NCBI GenBank assembly: GCA_040954595.2
Contig: CM082578.2
Span: forward strand, 18,432,728 to 18,496,727
Direction: 5' to 3'
Length of the DNA: 64,000 bases
Source of the DNA: Balanoglossus misakiensis
Lineage: Eukaryota; Animalia; Hemichordata
A program made the translations under genes and the position numbers. The first letter of the stretch is position 1. Each line of letters opens with the position of its first letter. Positions 59,905 through 64,000 of this stretch are shown here, one piece after another. The notes under the pieces are model-generated. The model was not told the DNA's origin and ran no database searches. It saw nothing but the letters and a program-made list of their open reading frames with translations.

Positions 59905-60500
59905 GATTAATCAGAACCACCAGTCAGTAGGGAAACTTTATTTCGCTGTTATATACTTCCTGGTACACTACACTACACTACACTACACTACACTACACTA
60001 CAGTGTATGGTCATGATCCGCTTCTGTTCTTATTCCAGGGAAAGCACTTTGCCCACCGGGAGTTTGATGAAACTCCAAGATTTCGTTAATTTCCGCCAAA
60101 TGCCGATTTTTTTCCGGGCATAAGCCTAGCAACAAAACATTGCCCTTGTAACCGCAGTCACCAGACCAGCATATCATGAAAAATGATAGGGGGCGCGCTT
60201 TGTCATGGTGACGAAGTCCCAGAAGCGAAAGACATTTATTCATTCCAGTTTAACTACGGCCTGGGGGAATTTTTTTCACCCGGGCTCATAATTTAGCAGG
60301 TGGTGATTTCGGGGAACTATGAACAAAGACCTAAAATACTATTGCATACTTTTGTTTTCGTTATTCGCACCACTTAACTTTGAACTTTGACCCAGATATG
60401 CAAACCGGAAGAAATTCTTATCGCATGCTTGTGCTTTCTCTGGAAGTTGATCGGCTTTCCGAAGCTGACTTACGTTGCAAAAGCCATCAGTGATTTGACA
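59905..60500. promoter_or_regulatory. Probable bidirectional promoter between the ARH gene and DNAJC2, containing (ACACT)n
   Basis: The two start codons point away from each other ~600 bp apart. The region is CpG-enriched, has ETS-like ACTTCCTG (~59955) and CCGGAAG (~60405), and a pentanucleotide repeat at ~59964-60001. Confidence 0.65.
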
Positions 60501-63500
60501 ATGTTGCTGCCGGAAGCAACCGACGATGAAACAACCGCTGTTTTACAGCACATATCAGGTAAGAATCTGACATAAAACTTTGAAATGAATGAGCAATAAT
60601 GATCTGAATCTGAGAGGTGCACGCTCGCACGTCGTCAAGGTGCCGGTGCGGGACTGTAATCGTGAGTCAGTGGTCCGATCAGATCTCGGGAAATACGTAT
60701 TTAGGAGACCTCGACAAGAAAAAAAATTCGACCTGTTGTTGAATGCATGCTGCGCCATCAAAGTGCTCGTGTATGTGCCATTGTATGACGATGGACGTAA
60801 CAAACACGACAAAAGAGATATGTCATGATGCTTGTCATTCATTGCTCTTGAAGGGGGTCATAGGTCAACTGAGCTTGAATTAGGCTAATCACCAAAATCA
60901 GTCATACACGTATTTTGGAATATGTTCATGTATAAGAGTCTCACACCCCAAGGACAAGGGATAAGATTTCTCATACGACTTGGGGATAACTTAAATGGTG
61001 TGCGTCATATTTTTTCTCTCAAATGATCAATGCCCACAAAATGTGTTAAAATTCATATGAGAAAGTTGAATGAATTAATTGACTGCACAAGGTAAAAACG
61101 CCGTTGAAAATGCTTCCATAAAAAATAAAGTAGCGCACTATATGGCGGGAAGCTAAGCATGATGGGATTAATCATATCAACATAGAGGGCGTACACTATG
61201 TGGCCTGTAACCAGCTAACGGTTCATAAATTAAACAAATTTTTTACAATACTGTGCAAAATTTTACAAAATTAATTGACTGCACAAGTGTCATCTACGAT
61301 GGTGTAGTGTTGTCCAGTCCATGCACAACTACCAATATAAATCAAAGAAAACTATAGTGCAGCACTGCTGCCGGTATATGATTTCAAGTCTGTGAAAGTG
61401 TGGGGTCGTTAGTGGGATAAAAAATGAATATTTGACAGATGTTGGTTCAAAATTGACTACAAAATTGTATGTCTATTAAAAAGCTTGATCCCAACACCTG
61501 TACACTAATGATCACTTGACTTTGCTTCAGCTCCAATATATGTCAAGGTTGAACCAGTTGGACGGTGGTACCAAGCGTATATCAGCAGACGACATCACAG
61601 AAGGACTCTGTCCAACTCAGATGACTATTCTTCCAGTAGTTCATCCGATATCTCAGATGATGACACAGTAGACGATGAAGACGAGGCATTTCTGCACTCT
61701 CTTGATCCCAAAGAATGGAAGGTAATGCACTCCACTCTGCAAGCTGAGACAGTATCGAATTAGCCTCTTGTAGTTAGAGTTAGCCTTAAAACACTTACCG
61801 GTATATCTTCATTTACATGTGCTAGTAGAAACAAAGCTCCATCTCTTGTGCCTGGTGAGGCTTCCTCTAACTCTAAACTGAAACAGCACTACATTATTCT
61901 GTTGTACCGTAAGTGTTTTGACAATTACCCACACAAATATAAAGCCAGGAAATGCTGTGTTGTTAACACCATTCTATTTTTTTCAGGACCAAGATCATTA
62001 CAGAGTACTGGGAATAGGAAAACTTAGATATAGAGCCACAGATGCACAGATCAAAAAAGCCCGTAGGTTTATACTTATCCCAGTTAAAGATCTTTCTCTG
62101 GGTTCAGAACATCAGCCACAAAGGGCAGTGATTTTATTATTCATAAACATTTCAACGCAGCCATATATTTTGGTATATTGCTAGTGTATTATTAACATTT
62201 TAAGAGTTTAAGTGTCACATTGGTATCCCATCCTATGGTGCACACATTGTTGTAACTTGTATGCAACATTATTGGCTGTTAATATTTAGAGAAAAAAAAA
62301 ATATTTTCCATTGATATACCCTATATGCAAACATGGGCAAGGTATAAACATCAGAGAAAAAACAGAGACCTCAGAGAAATGCTCTATTAATGTTTGAACA
62401 GATAAAAAGAAAGTTTTGAAACACCATCCTGATAAGAGGAAAGGAAGTGCTGAACCACGGAAGGAGGGAGATGATGATTACTTTTCTTGCATCACAAAAG
62501 GTGAGCATCTTCTGTGTTATCTACAATTGTCCCAGGTGTGTGACTTCAAGAAAGGTGGGTTTTCTTGACAACAGTCCTAACTCGAGGTGACGAAGGGAGT
62601 CATCAACTGATCAGTCAGGTTTGGTCACAGAAGGAAAAGCATTGATGATGTGCAGCAGTAGATGTACAACTGCAGGGTTCTCCCCACACTGGTCGGAGGT
62701 TGTCAGCCTGACGAGCACTCAAGCGAAAAAAGCAAGCAAACAAAGGCTGCCAGCAGGCACAATTGTTTACTCAATCCAATCTATTGTCTCATTTTGATAC
62801 ATTGATGAATGGGTTTGACATGCAAGAGATGTGAATTTTAATAAATATGAATATTAATGAGCTTGAATATTAATGAGTAGCCAGTACTCAAGTAAAGCTG
62901 GGGAGAATCTCATTGCAAAATCCATCTGCCTTCCACTAACATTTCTTTGTTAATTTTTCTTGACCAGCCATAGAAATTCTTGGCAACCCACAGAAGAGGA
63001 GAGCCTATGACAGTGTTGATCCAGAGTTTGATGATTCCATACCCCCGGTGAATCAAGAGTCAAAAGACAACTTTTTTACAGTTTTCTCCCCAATATTTGA
63101 ACAGAATTCAAGGTAAAGTTTTTATTGGCAATAATGACACCCACTCAAGAGAGAATCGTAATGGTTTGATGTCATACATTTGTATCACTAATGTGTAATA
63201 AAAAATGTGGAATGCAGTGACATGTTTATCCAAGCAGACTTTTGTTGAACTGGATACTTCCATGAAGTGTGGTCACAACAAAAAACACAGTTTTTTGATG
63301 TGTTGAGATACAAGATTTTAAATGTTTAAATATGTGATTGTATTTCAGGTGGTCCAACAAGAAACCTGTGCCTAAACTGGGAGATAAAGACTCAAACAGA
63401 GAAGATGTCATGGATTTCTACGGTTTCTGGTGAGAATGGTTAATTCAATGATAATGAAAACTAGTCAAAATTTGGGGCTGTTATTACATTGTTCCCAAAC

Positions 63501-63967
63501 GGGACAGAACTCATGAACAGGAGTTTACAAATATATGAGGAGCACCTAAGGCTTTCACTCTGTGGTAGGAAATATTGAAATGACATGTTGTAGACGGTAG
63601 TCATTTCAAGTTCAATAATATGAAAGAACTCCATAATGCAAAAAGTATGAAGATGATATTCTGTATGGGAGCAGCAAACACAATGAAAAGCTCAATGGAT
63701 ATGATTTGACTCATCTTAAAGGGTGCACTCTGCCATAATAAACTTTAAAACTCCCATTCCATCATTCCATATCTATTCACACCTTCATCGCTTTGTGTGA
63801 ATTCTTCAGGTATGAGTTTGATTCATGGCGGGAGTATTCTTACCAAGACGAGGAGGAGAAAGAGAAAGGACAGGACAGAGATGAGAGAAAGTGGATTGAA
63901 AAACAGAATAAAGTTGTCCGTCAGAAGAAGAAAAAAGAGGAAATGGCCAGAATAAGACAGCTTGTTG
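60501..63967 (+). CDS. DNAJC2: DnaJ homolog subfamily C member 2 (zuotin-related factor ZRF1/MPP11), 5' part, continues beyond the window
   Basis: Exons 60501-60558, 61531-61721, 61987-62062, 62402-62500, 62968-63112, 63349-63429, 63810-63967. Motifs: [61 protein letters not shown]. Confidence 0.95.
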
Positions 63968-64000
63968 GTAAATATACAACCATTACATTCAATCCAAATG

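Overview
AT-rich, intron-rich animal (invertebrate-like) genomic DNA with four host genes. They are a plasma-membrane Ca2+-ATPase (PMCA/ATP2B, +, 17 coding exons, ~1142 aa), ubiquitin-activating enzyme UBA1 (+, 21 coding exons, ~1064 aa, one GC-AG intron), an ADP-ribosylglycohydrolase (ARH/DraG family, -, 7 exons, ~384 aa), and the 5' part of DNAJC2/ZRF1 (+), head-to-head with the ARH gene. The most striking structure is an apparently intact 7.47-kb two-gene DNA transposon (38112-45581) in a UBA1 intron, with an AT target duplication, imperfect terminal inverted repeats and near-perfect subterminal inverted repeats. It encodes a spliced THAP-EHDY-coiled-coil-HTH-DDE transposase and, convergently, a spliced SAP-SWIM-YqaJ (lambda-type exonuclease) protein. 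This matches the ISL2EU group of the PIF/Harbinger-related superfamily. The element also carries a 25-bp tandem array and a nested MITE. Introns and UTRs hold many non-autonomous elements: several TAG/CAA-ended elements with 9-bp TSDs, a TTAA (Kolobok-type) MITE, and two 'long hairpin plus second inverted repeat' elements. Two candidate PMCA microexons are proposed. All exon coordinates and protein lengths were derived by eye, and family assignments come from motif recognition, not database searches.
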